Shown: one piece after another, positions 1-12,616 of the stretch
How the letters are laid out: each line of letters begins with the position of its first letter
Position numbering within the stretch: position 1 is the stretch's first letter
Source of the DNA: Raillietiella orientalis
Taxonomy: Eukaryota
NCBI GenBank assembly: GCA_036172245.1
Contig: JAYWIR010000025.1
Coordinates: 2,604,001 to 2,668,000 of the forward strand
Direction: 5' to 3'
DNA: 64,000 bases
Translations under genes and position numbers: made by a program
The notes under the pieces: model-generated
Databases searched by the model: none
Told to the model about the DNA's origin: nothing
What the model saw: only the letters and a program-made list of their open reading frames with translations

Positions 1-1
1 T

Positions 2-3
<2 letters not shown>

Positions 4-48
<45 letters not shown>
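4..48 (-). repeat. Poly(A) tail (T45 on + strand)
   Basis: Uninterrupted 45-nt T run, adjacent to a structured UTR-like segment and a short minus-strand ORF end. Confidence 0.8.
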
Positions 49-51
<3 letters not shown>

Positions 52-600
52 GAGTATTCCAGACGCAGAAGCAATTCCTGGGGGATGCATCGGCCAGATC
101 GCTTCCTTTTGCGGTGGACAACAAAACAAACAGCTTTGATGGAGACCATTAGAAAATCTGCATACATAAATTTTCATTTCACAAGTATCTTTCTTCACGT
201 TGGTTGAATTATACCCCCCTCGGGAGGTATCAACCAACCAACGAGATGTCTTTTTCTTTTCTTTGCTCTTTTTCTTGACTTTTTTTTCTTTTTATCTTCT
301 CTTATTTATATCTTTCTCATCATAACATATTTTGAGGAGTGTACGGCGGAGGACAGAGAAGGTAAATCGAAATGCAGCAAGAGAAGAGAAGTGTTTGTCG
401 TAACCATTGGGTGTCGTCTTCTTTCAAAGGTCTCTCTCTGTGCACAAGGTGAACAAGCAAAGCCCGCAAATGCACGACAAGGAAAGGGTCTGGGGGGAGA
501 TTCATAGGGGATGTACTTGAAAAGAAATCCCCCAACTGATTCTTTCGTTCACCAAGGTGTCATTCGTCAAACCATTCCAATTAAGTTGTGTCTATCATCG
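4..600 (-). mobile_element. Probable 5'-truncated non-LTR retrotransposon 3' end (ORF C-terminus, 3' UTR, poly(A))
   Basis: Poly(A) tail; U-rich/A-rich UTR with hairpin GTTGGTTGA...TCAACCAAC (about 199-239); ORF 320-535 ends just before the UTR. The layout resembles the other Tx1 3' ends in the window. No diagnostic motif. Confidence 0.4.
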
Positions 601-974
601 TCGTATAAGAAGCGGTTGCTAAAAAAAAGAAAAAAAAAGAAATGCACGTTTCAATATATGAATTTATAAGTGTATTACTTTCGAGACCTTCGAGGATTCG
701 TAAACGTCCTCATCTTTCCCATTAGAAAGCAGAGGACCGAGTAATACTCAAGGTGCCTTCAGGATGCCATCCATATTTGAAATTTCACTTACATAATGAG
801 GCGAGATCGGATTTTCTATTTTATTACTGCGTTCATTCATTTTTGTTTCCATTTGAAATTTATTCTTGGTAAGTTTTCTTTTTGGACAGAAAAGAAAACT
901 CTCTGGGCAGCGAAATTCGTTAATTGCATCGAATTATTTTATAATTATTCATAAAGGGAACTTGGAATGAAAAG

Positions 975-1500
975 TGGCGCTCCACTTACCACTTCCACGA
1001 ACCTCATCCAGCACTCCCTACTCTTCAGCAAGTGCAATTTGGAGAAACTCATCTTCCGACCTGCACCTCACATTCGTGAAACCTGCGTTCTTCTTTGCAT
1101 TCGAGTACAGCGATCTCGCGACTGTGGTCATTAAAGATTCACATCGTTTCTCTGTGGTAGCCCTTTGCCATGGGAACCGAAGGCAAACACATACTTCCCT
1201 CTTTTCCTTGCAGTGCTTGACTCACACTGGGGGCTAATCGACGGAAAACAATGCTCAGATGAGTGTAGCCCAACACTGCGGTGCATGGGTGTGTCAACAA
1301 GCAGAGATTCTGAACGGCCTTGAAAGCGCTGACGAACGGCACCAGAAGAGAGAGGTGAGAAAGTAGGAAAGGGGGAAGAACCAGCACCCCTGAAATGCCA
1401 GGGAGATCTCCAAAAACTTTTGGGCGCCACATCTACGTATACAATGATCCCTGGTGTGCAGATGACGATGCATGTACATCTCATCGTTCCTGTTCACATG
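975..1500 (-). mobile_element. Degenerate L1/Tx1 ORF2 C-terminal fragment
   Basis: Minus-strand frames give a decayed C-terminal Zn-binding-like segment (HSSEHCFPSISPQC) followed by KYVFAFG...TTVARSLYSNAKK, resembling Tx1 ORF2 ends. Frameshifted. Confidence 0.35.
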
Positions 1501-2031
1501 GGGCAGAGGTGCCTCGCAAGAGAAAAATCACTTCTACCATAAAATCCAAGCATCTGATTCAATCATCAGCTGTGCATTCGATTTTTTTCCACTTTCCAGC
1601 ACGAGGACATTCCCTGCCCGAATCCTCGTCCCGTTCGAGATGAACTCTGGACTACTGGTTTGCACCCGGTCACGTCGGGACCTTTCTTTCAAAACTAAAT
1701 GAACTACAAATCAGAGAACCTTCAGTGGCCCCGGAGTGCAAGAAGAAAACAACAAAAAAAGTCCACTAGCCACCGGCCCGCGGCCGAGCTTTTAGGAAAG
1801 TCCGGAACAAGAAGGTAGGGACAATGGTCTTTGGTTTTATTCGTTTCTTTCTTTCTAGAAGCGGCTGTGTATCGCGGTGATCTCCTTGATGACCTCTGCT
1901 TGCAGGTGAGGCCACCTCGTAGCCGTTCGTCCTCATCAAGGCGGCTGCCATGCTGGTGGCCTCCCGTCTCTGCGAAAGAGACTCCAACGCGGAGAGGAAT
2001 GTCACTATGGCCCGGTGCAGCATCTCATTAC

Positions 2032-5000
2032 GATTTTCCCAAGGTCCCACAAGGGGTGAGGTAAATTTGTTTACTTTTTTTTTATCCAATCACCACAAGT
2101 GTCAGTGTGAAGTCCGTTTCTTGGGGTATACTGACGTTCTGCACTTAGGGGGAATTGGGCGTTGTCTGTGCCTGGACGTTGTCCTCAATCCTCTTCAGGA
2201 TGTATTATTAAGTCCAGTTCGGCACTCTTCCACAATTTCTTATGCCGATCTCCTTCTGGATAAGCCCTTTCTGGATTTCCATCGGAGATGCGGCCGTCCT
2301 GGCGGTCTTCATCTTCCACCATCGCACAAGGATGGCAATGATGAAGAGGGCGATGGTCGTCCTCACAATGGGATTGTAACAGGGAACGTTCCTGTTTCCT
2401 TGGAACATCCCTGCTAGGATTCCCATGACTGAAGTGATGAGCAGCCCTATGACCCTTTTCAGGGTCAGCCAGTCGCGGAGCAATGTGGGACACGTCAAGA
2501 CGTGAAGTCTCGTGTCAATGTCTCCACATGCCTTGCAGTCCTCGTCGTCTCGCCTTCCTGTGAAGTGCTTCATTCTGGACCCACTCAGGATTCCTCCGGG
2601 GTAAAACATCAGGTTATCCTGGGAGTCTGGCGGCAAATCACTCCTCCAGAGCGTCGTGCCAATCGCCAACATGTTGATCCTGTCGCTCCCGTAGCGATCA
2701 GCGGCTTCTTGGAGGGCACTGGTGTCCTCGTTTTCTTCCTTTATTAAGTTGCAAAGGTTCTTCTTGTCCATCCTGGACCACGCGAAGTTGCTGTGGTTTT
2801 TTCACACTCCGCATGTCCTGTGAGTGTATCTTCCTGTCACCATCTCGATGCACCGAAGTATCAGGGAGTGGTGAAGGTAGCCTTTTCGTCTCCATTCCTG
2901 GATTCTTTGCAAGGGAACTCTGGACCGCTTGTAGATCCAACTCCTCGTGTCGCGAGGTACTGGGAGCATCCATGGGATCACCAGGAAAGATTCCTCCTGC
3001 CAGAGTTCCTTGCTCCTTGGAACGATCTTCAGTTGATGTTTTCTCACCAACCGTTGTCTTCGTCGCCAGGAGGGGTCGATGGTGAACCATTCCCCTGCTC
3101 GGCCTAGCAGTGCAGTCATCAAGCCTTTCTAGTTTAACAACAGCGAATAGATCCTGTGCGCTGCATATGGCCAGTCGTCCCAGTGAGCAGCAATATCCAG
3201 GATTTGTCGCGTATCCATGATTTCCACGGAATGTGCCAGCGACTTCATCCCGGAACCACCCTTCTCCTTTGGACGACACAAGGGTTTAAGTCTGACCTTC
3301 GGTCAGTAACTTCCCCAAAGGGTTTTACTCTTTAGCTTCTCTACTTCTCTTGTGGTGTCTTCTTTCATTCTGGAGAAGGCCGCTCCAAAGAGTACTTTGG
3401 AAGAAGTACTCCGTTCCAGAGGTTGACGTTCCTCTTCATACCAAAGTCCAGTCGAGTGTATTTCGCTGCTTCCTTCGCCGTTTTCCCTAGGATTCCCATC
3501 CATAGCAGCCGTCTCTTCTCCGTTGATTTTGATTCGGAAGTACTTTTCTTCGAGTACCATCCTCACGAAATTCTTAAGTATTCCGGGAAGCTCGGTTTTC
3601 TCAGGATCTTCATCAGCATCTCATGACCGATGGTGTCGAAAACCTTCTCCATGTCAATGAAAACCAGCACCAGCTTCTCGCCGACGTATCGGCTGAGTCT
3701 CACGGTGGCCTGGGCACACCTGACATTGTCAGCCATGTGGCGTCTGGGCACCTCACATGTCTGGACCGGAGAGATGAGCTTCGGCATGACCTTGCCTAAG
3801 CGGTTGGCCCAGATCTTCGCCAGCCACTTGGCATCGGAGTTCAGGATTGAGATTGGCCTCCATTGGGTAACCTTGGTTAGGTCACCTCCTTTCGGTAACA
3901 ATTTCATCCTGCTCTCGTAGAAGGATACTGGCAATCTTCCTTCTTCCTTGATGCAGAAGGTCAGCTGGTGGAAAGACGTAGGTAGGCGTGGAGGTACCTC
4001 TGGTAGTGAGTGATGGAAACGCTATCAGGGCCTTCCGCCACATCCTTGAGTAGCTCCAAAAACGTAGTCATCACCTCTTCTTCGGAGAATTCCTCTTCAA
4101 GTTTCTTCTGTTGCAGGTCGTCGATTCTTCTTTCGAGAAAGCGCAGAATGACGTTTTGTGTCTCCGAGAACAGGTGTTGCTGCTGGAAGTGTTTCGTGTA
4201 GTGCCTCTGGAAGGCGTCCACGATGTCTTCCGACGTGTGCCGGCTGTGACCGTCGTACTGGGTGCAGCAGATATTCGTTGCCAGGTTCTTCTTCTCCAGC
4301 ACACCGACTCCCCCTTTAACGTTTTGGAAGACGTACCGACTCTCGTACTGTTCCCAGTTCTTCGAGAGGGAGTGATCCTGGATGTTTAGCTCCCGTTACG
4401 CTTCCTGCCTAAATAGCTTGTCCAAGTACTGCATGTTGCAGAACAAATGGACGCGATGCTTCAGCCTGTCCCAGTTGGCGACTCTGCGGATAGTTGTGTC
4501 CAGAAGAATTGCCTCGATGACTTCCTGGTGACAGGGAAGCATTTCGAATCAGACGGACATACAGATGATCGCCGCCCTGGTGGCCTTCCTCCACCGAGGA
4601 TTTTCCGTACGGAGAGGAAACCGCACCAACAGATGATCAGACAGCAGTGTCTGCGTGTCGCGAAATCCTTGTATACGGTTCCCTATCTCCATGCTGTGGA
4701 GGACGTGGTCGATCGGCTTGTGGCTGGATGTTAGCCACAGAAGTCCGAACTCGTTGGACAACCCCTAATACGCCGTCCTTCCTCTGGCGTCCTGAGAATG
4801 GATGATCTCGTCCAAGATGTTCAGGTCACCCGCGACGATGACAATGTCCTTCGGTGCAACTCTTTTGCGAAGTGCTTTGTGCAATGCCTCCGCGCACCGT
4901 TGCTTCTGTTTGTGTGGTCCGTACACGCTCACCAGGAACAGGTGAACGTTGATGGACCAGTACAGTCGCACGCCGATGATTCGTCCTGGCATGGGACAGA

Positions 5001-5925
5001 AGGTTTCGAAGATTGTGTGAGCGAGATCGTTCTTCACGAGGATCGTCACACCGATGCTTTTCCGCTGTCCTTCGCTGACGAACAGTTGACCGTTCAAACG
5101 GCGTTCCATTTCCAGGGTGACCTGATAACCCACCTTGTGGGTTTTTTGGAGGCACACGATCTCTTGATGTGCGATGGTCCGCACAATTCTCTTCCTTTTT
5201 CTTTGGTCCGTAAGTCTATTCCCATTCCAGGAGGCGATGTTAATCCTCCTGGCGGTGGACAAGGAGGAGTCCATAGAGGTCTTCTACTTCTTAACGTCTC
5301 TGCTCTTCTTCTGCCAAGGAGGCCGTTGCAGTCTCTCGGCAGAAGGTTTTGCACTCCCGGCGTCGCTCTCCGTCCCGGTGACGTCTATAAATTCCTCCTC
5401 CTCCGTCGGATTCTCGACCTCCGCGATGACTTTGCGTGGGGGCGTTTCCAGGCAATAGTTGACCTTGACGTCGAGAAGCTTGCTCTCCAACTTCTCGCTC
5501 TGGGCGGTCTCCGCCAGCTTGTTGATGTTCTTCTGGACTTCACAGATGCGCCGCAAGAGTTATTTTTGCTGCTCCCTGCTAGGTCCAGGCTAGACCTCCT
5601 CGCACAGCTTTGTCACCTCCTCAGTTATTTGCAGGGTTTCCTGCAGTACCGGGCGGACTCAGCTACCTTCATCTTAGGCAGTTTCCGCCGGGTTTTCTGG
5701 GGGTTGATGCTCCTTAACGTGTATTCTTCTCTTCCCCTTTATCCTAACTTCCACGAAGCCATCCTCCGAAACGGATGTGGCTTCCGCGGTTCTCCTCGCC
5801 TCCTCCGTTACTCGTTACGATCACGGTCTCCTTCGAAAAACCCTCTGGTAAAATGGGAGGTCCCGAGCCCGAGTAAAAGACTTGTGCGCTCCTCGTCGCG
5901 ACGGAGGACTTGAACCCCTGACGTT
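2032..5925 (-). mobile_element. Tx1-clade LINE, degenerate sister copy of the 17330-23108 element (partial ORF1 + ORF2 with internal deletions)
   Basis: Collinear similarity to the full-length copy. EN: IASWNGN, VYGP, GDLN, PIDHVL, SDH. RT start: QWRPISILNSDAKWLAK. C-terminus: CKACGDIDTRLHVLTC. Shared 3' end TTTTCCC(C)AAG(G)TCCCACAAGGGGTG. Multiple frameshifts and stops; RT core deleted at about 3500. Confidence 0.93.
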
Positions 5926-5929
5926 GGTG

Positions 5930-7160
5930 TGCATGGAAGGTCAGCTGAACTTCAGAAGACTAGCTTTGTGGTACAGAACTGGACCACCCATTGGTGCGCC
6001 CTTGCACGTTCGCTCTCCCGGCTGGCGGTCGGGGGCGAAGGACTCGCAACCCTGTTTGCGTGCCGCCACCGCCCCCTCGTATCTTGCGGCTTCCCTCTCC
6101 GGTGTGTCGTTGCTCTGGTGAGAGCGAACATGGATTTCCTACCGCCTTGCGAACACCATGTCCTGGAGGCAGGAGAAAGTGAGGACATGGGTCCAGCTCA
6201 CGCGGGCCCCGCCGAAAGTTACCCGCTGCTGAGAGTTTCAGAAGAACAGCGGAAGAACATTGGAGGCGGTGGGTAGTGAGCTGACCATGTTGGCCTACTC
6301 ACCAACCACCCCCCTTCGCCGCAGCGGTGTCCTCCGCTATTGAGTTACATGGCATCTGCCTACCGGCAAAGTGGTAGGTTTCCTGCAAGATCTCGGCGCG
6401 CAGGAAACCTATCGGTGGCTGGACTACGCATCAGCTGGCTGTTTCAGCAACAGCAACAACCGGTCCAAAGGACTGGAACATTGGGACGAACTCTTCTCCA
6501 TTCAGCCCGAAGAGTTCGAAGGGTCCCCCGTGTTTATGGACAGGAACTGCTTCCCCTCAAGTGGCAGCAATCGATGCTGCTGGTACTGCACTGAGGTCTC
6601 CAGTGCAATACGTGCCGGCACCACTGGACGAGGGTAAGCTCATCTTCGAACTGTGCCAGGTGTGGAGAGAAGGAGACCTTCCTCCACCTCACAGTGCAGT
6701 GTGTCGCTCTCCAGGAACTGTGGGAACGTTTCTCTGCGTTTCTTCCGCACTCCGTGGACGATCTTTGAGGCTCCTCTTCGTACTGGACGCCATGACGTCC
6801 GCAGCCGCTATCGCAGCACTGTGCAGCGTCCGCGGTGTCGTCGCGGCGAAGTGCGACGCCGAGAAAGGCCAGAGAGAAGGGGGGGCTGTCCTGCACGCCA
6901 TCCTCTTCCTGCGGATAGCTTTGAGATGGCCTCACTTGGAAAGGGAGAAGAAGGAGCTCGCCGGCATCCTTCAACGGACACAGAGGCCTCACCCACCACG
7001 AAATGTAAACCCTTCCCTTCCCCCCAACTAATTTTTTTTTTGTTAGTTTTTATTATTTGTTATAGTTTGTTTCCTTTTTTTTTTTCAATTTTTTTTTCAC
7101 CCCTCTCCTTCGTGAACGTGATGGACCTCTCTGGCCTCCCCCTTGTTTGTTTGTTTTTTG
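5930..7160 (+). mobile_element. Degenerate L1/Tx1 ORF2 3' half plus T-rich 3' UTR (different family)
   Basis: LSRLAVGGEGL resembles the L..P...GG.GL motif. CQVW...PPHSAVC is a decayed C-terminal Zn motif. The ORF ends in a Pro-rich tail at 7031 followed by a T-rich UTR. Confidence 0.55.
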
Positions 7161-7249
7161 AGTGTGATAATTGGAACCGGTGAGTCTTTTATCTCTATCG
7201 ATCCCTGTAAGAGAAATGAACTCCCCGGCGCACCCGGGTGTGAACTCAC

Positions 7250-7570
7250 GGCGCCTACCGCCAGTCCGCCTTGAGGAAGCACCGCAGCGATTCCGAAGCG
7301 AAGGGGTCCAACAGGGGTGACGGAGCGCCGAAACCGGCCTCCACCACATGTCCGCGAGGGCACTACGGTCCAGCAGAAGATGCGGGAACCATTCCTTCGA
7401 CCTGCACTTTAAGCAGTTTGGGGGAGATCCCTACCGGCTCATCCTCGTCGTGGCACTCCCCAACACTCTCAGCAACCTTATCCCATCTATCCCTGTTGTG
7501 ATCCTAGAAGCCACCCCATCCCTCATCCAAACCTGCATTTCCGTTCCACTAAGATCGCCTCAGACAAATC
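7250..7570 (-). mobile_element. Decayed gag-like ORF1 zinc-knuckle region of a LINE
   Basis: Minus-strand frames give RVLGSATTRMSR*GSPPNCLKC, RTCGG and LRNRCG, spaced like a triple CCHC knuckle. Frameshifted. Confidence 0.35.
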
Positions 7571-7612
7571 AGTAACCACAATGAGAACTCATCAACCACC
7601 ACCCTCCCCTCA

Positions 7613-7674
7613 TCCTTGTGGCCGCGGTCTTCGTGCGTGGCATAGAAATTGCGTGTTCGAATCCCACCCGGGGA
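7613..7674 (+). pseudogene. tRNA-derived sequence (SINE head or tRNA-Leu/Ser-like pseudogene)
   Basis: A-box-like TGGCCG--CGGTCT (7619-7630) and B-box GTTCGAATCCCAC (7655-7667). Flanks TCCTTG/CGGGGA can form an acceptor-like stem. The anticodon arm is not intact. Confidence 0.5.
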
Positions 7675-10600
7675 AGGGTTGGCGCCGAGAACGTGGGGTG
7701 CGTCGTGGGTTCCAAGTCCCTTCCCCCCGCAGGGTGACGCCGGTTGACCTTATCGGCTTCCGGTGCGGCGGCAATGGTGGAAGCAGCCGGATGCCCCTGT
7801 TAACTGGCCGCCGGCACTGGGAGTAGACCCTCTTCCAGGGATCACGGAGCACCAGTTCTCTTCGGCATTTGTCTTCGGTATGGTGAAATGGAGCCACCTC
7901 TTCCCTCAGGGGTGTGGGGGCACCCTCCACCGCGTACTGGTTGATACCCCCCCTTGGTAGGGTCTCCTCTTCAGAGTGTCAAAAAGCGCACTGCTCCCTT
8001 CGGGGAACAGCCCTTCAGAGGGAAGCGTTCCTTCAGAGTTCTCTTCAGAGGAGGATGCAAGGAGCCTTGCAGGTTCCCACTGGAGAAAAAATAATGGGTT
8101 ACCTGTACCCTTCGGGGTTCCTTCCCAGGCATGAAAGGAACGGAATTATTCCATCCGGGGCTTTTCAGGATTCTCCCTGGGCGCCCCCCCTAACTTGAAG
8201 AGTTGACACGCACCCTCGGGTGGCGTGGGCGGTGCATGAAGAGCCTTTTCTATCGAGAAGAACGCTTCTTCAGCACTTGGCGAACCAAAAAAAAAGGAAA
8301 CCATCACCCCTACAGACCTTGACCCATTCTCATCCTATCCACTTCTTCAGAAAGTTGCGTGCATGACGTGCCCTTCACACTCTGCATTGCATCCACAATC
8401 TTGAGGAGATTCATCTGGGGGTATGATGGGGGGGGGGATATAAAACGAGTATATTCGTTCATCGGCATCCTCTCCATCAAAACGATGGAAAGCAGTCAAG
8501 TTCGCAACAGTCCGCTTCATTCTTCCAGGAATCTTCTCAGCCGTTTTCCTTCCTTTGATGATTCCTCCACGCCGGACTGAGAGTCAGTCAATCCCCAGTT
8601 TGGATTCTCCTAACTCCCCCGTTCTCTCTCTCTCTCTCTCTCTTGAAAAAAAAAAAGATTCTCCTTGTGTGTGTTACCATCGTTACTGGTGAACGGTCTG
8701 TCCCAACTCGAATCATAGAATACTTTGCGCTCAGATTCCCTGTGGCATATGCTACCTTTGGTTCAGCATTCTTTCCGTCAGCAGCGACGGTCTCCATGCG
8801 ACGGAAGGAGGGACTCTTCTGCCTCGCTCTGTTCTTCTAACCCGAGTTTCTGCGCTCTCCATCACTCGTATCCATCGCCTCTCATTCGAACTTCCTTTGT
8901 GATGCTGACACTCCGCGGACGTGTGATCACGACAAACGACCTCCCCGCCCCCGTCTCCTGAGTGGGCTGCCCTGATCGTCTAATTCGACCCCTTACCGCC
9001 TGCTGGCGTCTCGGTAGCACTCGATCACGGTGTAGCCGCTAATGTCTGAGGCCTCTTCCTCCTCTGAAGACCGCGGGAGGGCCGCACGCGGTAGTCGCTG
9101 GCGGCACTGCCTTCGCCTGGCTACTCGTCACCGGCGGGGGTGACCCGCGCATAGGGGTGAGTTGTGCAAGCAAACAGAATGGCACTGGTTTGCTTAGTGT
9201 GGATTGCCACTAACTATTAGGATGACTGATGGCCGCAGATGGAAAGGAGGCAGAGAAGGATGTGAGGGGGCAGGGTGAAATTATTACGTTCCCGTATTAT
9301 TATTACGTTGCTGGATGTCGAGAAGCACTCAGAGACTACGAGCGCCATCACGGGCTGGGCAGCGATGAAGAAAGTGGGAGCACTGGTTAAAGATAGGAGT
9401 GGGATAGTCGTGTTAATCGGGCAGAGGCATGAATTGTGGGTGAGAGTTTAGCAGAATGGGAAGGAGTCGTTGACAGCTCAAGCAAGGACCGTTTTCATGT
9501 GTCAGAGAAGTTCCTTATGCCTTTTTTTTGTGTGTGTTAAATGATTTGTTATTTGCGTTGAATCGTTGTGATCTAGTAGAGTGGTTTCCACAATGTACAA
9601 GGAGTGAGACTTTCAAGTTTCAATCGATTCGTATCTCTAGAAAAGTTTAGAATGGTAACTCACCGTATGTGCGTGGGTACAAGCATGGAGAAGGGGCCAC
9701 TCCTCATTGCTTTGATGAGCAGGTGGTGCAAAGGTGAGACGGGGTGGATTGGTTTTGGGTGGATTTGGTTTCCATGGAGATGAATGGGTTTCTAGTTAAT
9801 GAAGAATTTCAAAGATACGAGTGAGAGATGCCAGTGTAGAGTTGGGTCGAAACTGTGCGATCACTTTATCTCTTTATTAAAATATTCATGAGGAACACAT
9901 TCCCTACTTTAGCCCTAGAATTAGCGACAGAACTAATAATAGCAATGAAAGGAATATGGATAATGAGTGTGAGAAAGGGAGGAGAGGTGTGGGTAGACGG
10001 AATCTTGGGGTCTGACGATAGTTAATTCAATATCAGAATCCAAAACATGAGGACGATGAAAGAATTGGGTGAGAAGTAGGGAGAGCGCTTGGATTTGGGG
10101 ACTATTGGCTTGCATTCGAAGCATAAAAGTTGAACGATAGAGAGCGTTTAATGATGAGATGGAGAAGGATTAGGATAGGGAAATAATTAAGATGGAAGGC
10201 ATGAAGAGAAGAAACGCTTTATTTCTTTCTTAGAGGTTAAACCAAGTAGAGGTCGAGATAGTACTGTGAAAGTCACACCAAGTCACACTCTTATGTAGAG
10301 GTAAAACTGTAAAAGGTCCCATGCTTAAGGATTAAAAAGCCCTTGGGCTGCATCTCGTCGAACGAACTGCTGGGTGTTTGACTGCCATGAGCATTAATTA
10401 ACGGATACTTGTGATTCTACGGAGATACTATAAAATTCAAGGATACTATAAAATTGTCACATTTGTCTGCAGAATAATTGTCCTTTTAACTATAATTTGA
10501 ATATAGTAGCAATTGGACGGAATTTGGTTGGTGCTCTTTTCAGCTTGTGTATAGCAAAGCACTGAAGACACTTGGAAGGACAGCAGGCAATTATGAAATG

Positions 10601-10899
10601 TAATTTAAATAGAGGATAATTTCAGTTGATAGGATAATCATTAACAGTGATGTGTGTGAAGTCGACTGGTGGATAATTCGCATGATTTCTATCTTGAACA
10701 TATGGCGTGACGTGTTACACAATATTCACATTAAGAGAATTACCTTTTATTGCGTAATAATTGGGAGTCATTTGTACTGTACATCCTAAAAGATGATACA
10801 TAAACAGAAATACATAAACATCATACATACATAAACAGAAAAGGATAATCATATGGCGTCTCCAAAACTAAAACATCACAGGGGAAGCGGAAATGAAAG

Positions 10900-11750
10900 A
10901 TGATGGATGTTACTAATTTATAAGGTGATAATCCTAGTAAGAGAGCAAGGCAGAGAAGACCAGCAATTAGATGAAGTTCACTGGATCCGGTAGTGATGAA
11001 AAATTCAGAGCCGAAAATGGAGTCGGCAATGGAAAAATAATATGCTGAATGCCTGTTGTATTGAGGGGCTAGAAAAGAATAGAATTGTAATGATCAAAGA
11101 TTGATGTAAAAAAAAAAAAAATCCATTTTGGAAGAGATTAGTGGACCCATGTTATTGTATTGCTTGATCTAAGTAGAATGGAACTGAGAAGTGGAATTTC
11201 CATAGCAATGTTAGAGAGAGGTCAGAAGTTAAATTTTGGATTCATTCTGAATCTGGAGTGGAAGAATGATCAAAGGAAAGATACAAATAGAATGATACAA
11301 AGATACAAATGCCATTCTTCCTGGAAGAATGGTGGGTTGACACGTCGATATTGTAGTTACCTTTTGGTGCAGAGAAAGAGCTGTGACAGTTACGCCAGGA
11401 CGTTTACTGGCTATCAATAAACACTGTTCAATCAGGCAGGAAGCAGTCCTTTTCCTTGACCAAGTCCGTTCGAGGTAGGTGTCCTACCCACAGTTGCACT
11501 CAGGGAACGGACGGCATGAGCAAAAGGGACTGAAGAGTAGGCACGCAATCCAGTCCTACCACTGCCCATTCTTCGCGATATGCAGGCGGCATCTTACCTG
11601 TCTGCAAGATTGCTGGCTAGAAGTAGGGACGCCCTACCTTGCTGGTATTTTCCCATCCTCAGACCACGTGCTCCTAGGACATGCCGCGAGCGCAGCACAG
11701 TATCGCAACTCTTGTACCTATGGATTAACACATTTTGATAGGAATGCATA
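10900..11750 (+). mobile_element. Highly degenerate L1/Tx1 ORF2 3' fragment
   Basis: RMIQRYKCHSSWKNGGL (GGL motif) followed about 250 bp later by YHCPFFAICRRHLTCLQDC (decayed Zn motif). Many stops. Confidence 0.35.
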
Positions 11751-12582
11751 AGCCATTCTGCCAATAACACCTGAGGAAGAGTACCGATCGACACTTCACC
11801 TAGAATTTTAATACCGTCTTGATGGGGTATTGAATCTATGAAAGAATTAAAAGAGACTGACTTACCAGGTATTGCTTTACCAATCATCAAAAAATTTCCT
11901 GATTGCTTTTAATTTTCAACCACGTAAGGTTACTTTTCAATGATCCCTTTACTATTCGCATATTACGGCATCTTTGATATCATCGAATGGAAGGGATTTC
12001 CTTGATTTTTCCGATTTTCTAAGTGCTTTTCAACATTTGAAAAGTATACAAATTCGGTGACTATCTAATGTCGATAAACCTTGATCTTAATTTATTCGTT
12101 TCATTAATAAACAAGCACGAAGAGCTCAGAAATTCAGATGCGCGCTACATTTGCGTGTATCGCCGCCTTCGTATGAATTCTCATCGACCAATCATGGACA
12201 GGTTTGTCATGGACAAGTGACATGTACCGATATGCACATCTGGTCAAAGATTCTCTAAAACTCATACTCAACTTTACCACATGACCTGCTTCCATACGGT
12301 ATAAAATCAAGCGTACTGGGGATACGTGTGCTTCAAGATGTGTTTTATTCAAGTGCTTTACCTTCTTTTGCTAAAAGTTCAAACTCGGAAGTCACCTCAC
12401 GTTTCTAGTCAGATGGATGTTCGTTTCATAATCACCTCCAGTCGAAATTGCAGTGACGATGAAGGATCAAATGCATCAGATTACAGACATGAATGAAGTG
12501 TACATGATGAAATGAAACGGCATTTAAATAGGCCATTAATGTTTGTTGTACTGATTACGAATCAGTCATGTACACAGGCTTT

Positions 12583-12616
12583 ATCGCTTCTCTGCCTTTT
12601 GGCTAGGATCAAAGTG
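12583..12616 (+). pseudogene. U2: U2 snRNA 5' fragment (nt 1-34)
   Basis: ATCGCTTCTCTGCCTTTTGGCTAGGATCAAAGTG versus the U2 5' end as recalled, ATCGCTTCTCGGCCTTTTGGCTAAGATCAAAGTG: 32/34 identical. It starts at U2 nt 1 and stops just before the branch-point recognition sequence GTAGTA. Confidence 0.85.

Noticed and set aside
98..115. ATCGCTTCCTTTTGCGG as a second U2 fragment
   Set aside because: Only about 8 contiguous matches plus a gap, inside a retroelement 3' UTR; compatible with chance.
4798..5913. 371-aa plus-strand ORF (and the matching 310-aa ORF at 19943-20875) as an antisense gene of the Tx1 element
   Set aside because: Both are in-register shadows of ORF2, expected when TTA/CTA/TCA codons are rare. 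No recognisable domain, and their ends differ between the two copies.
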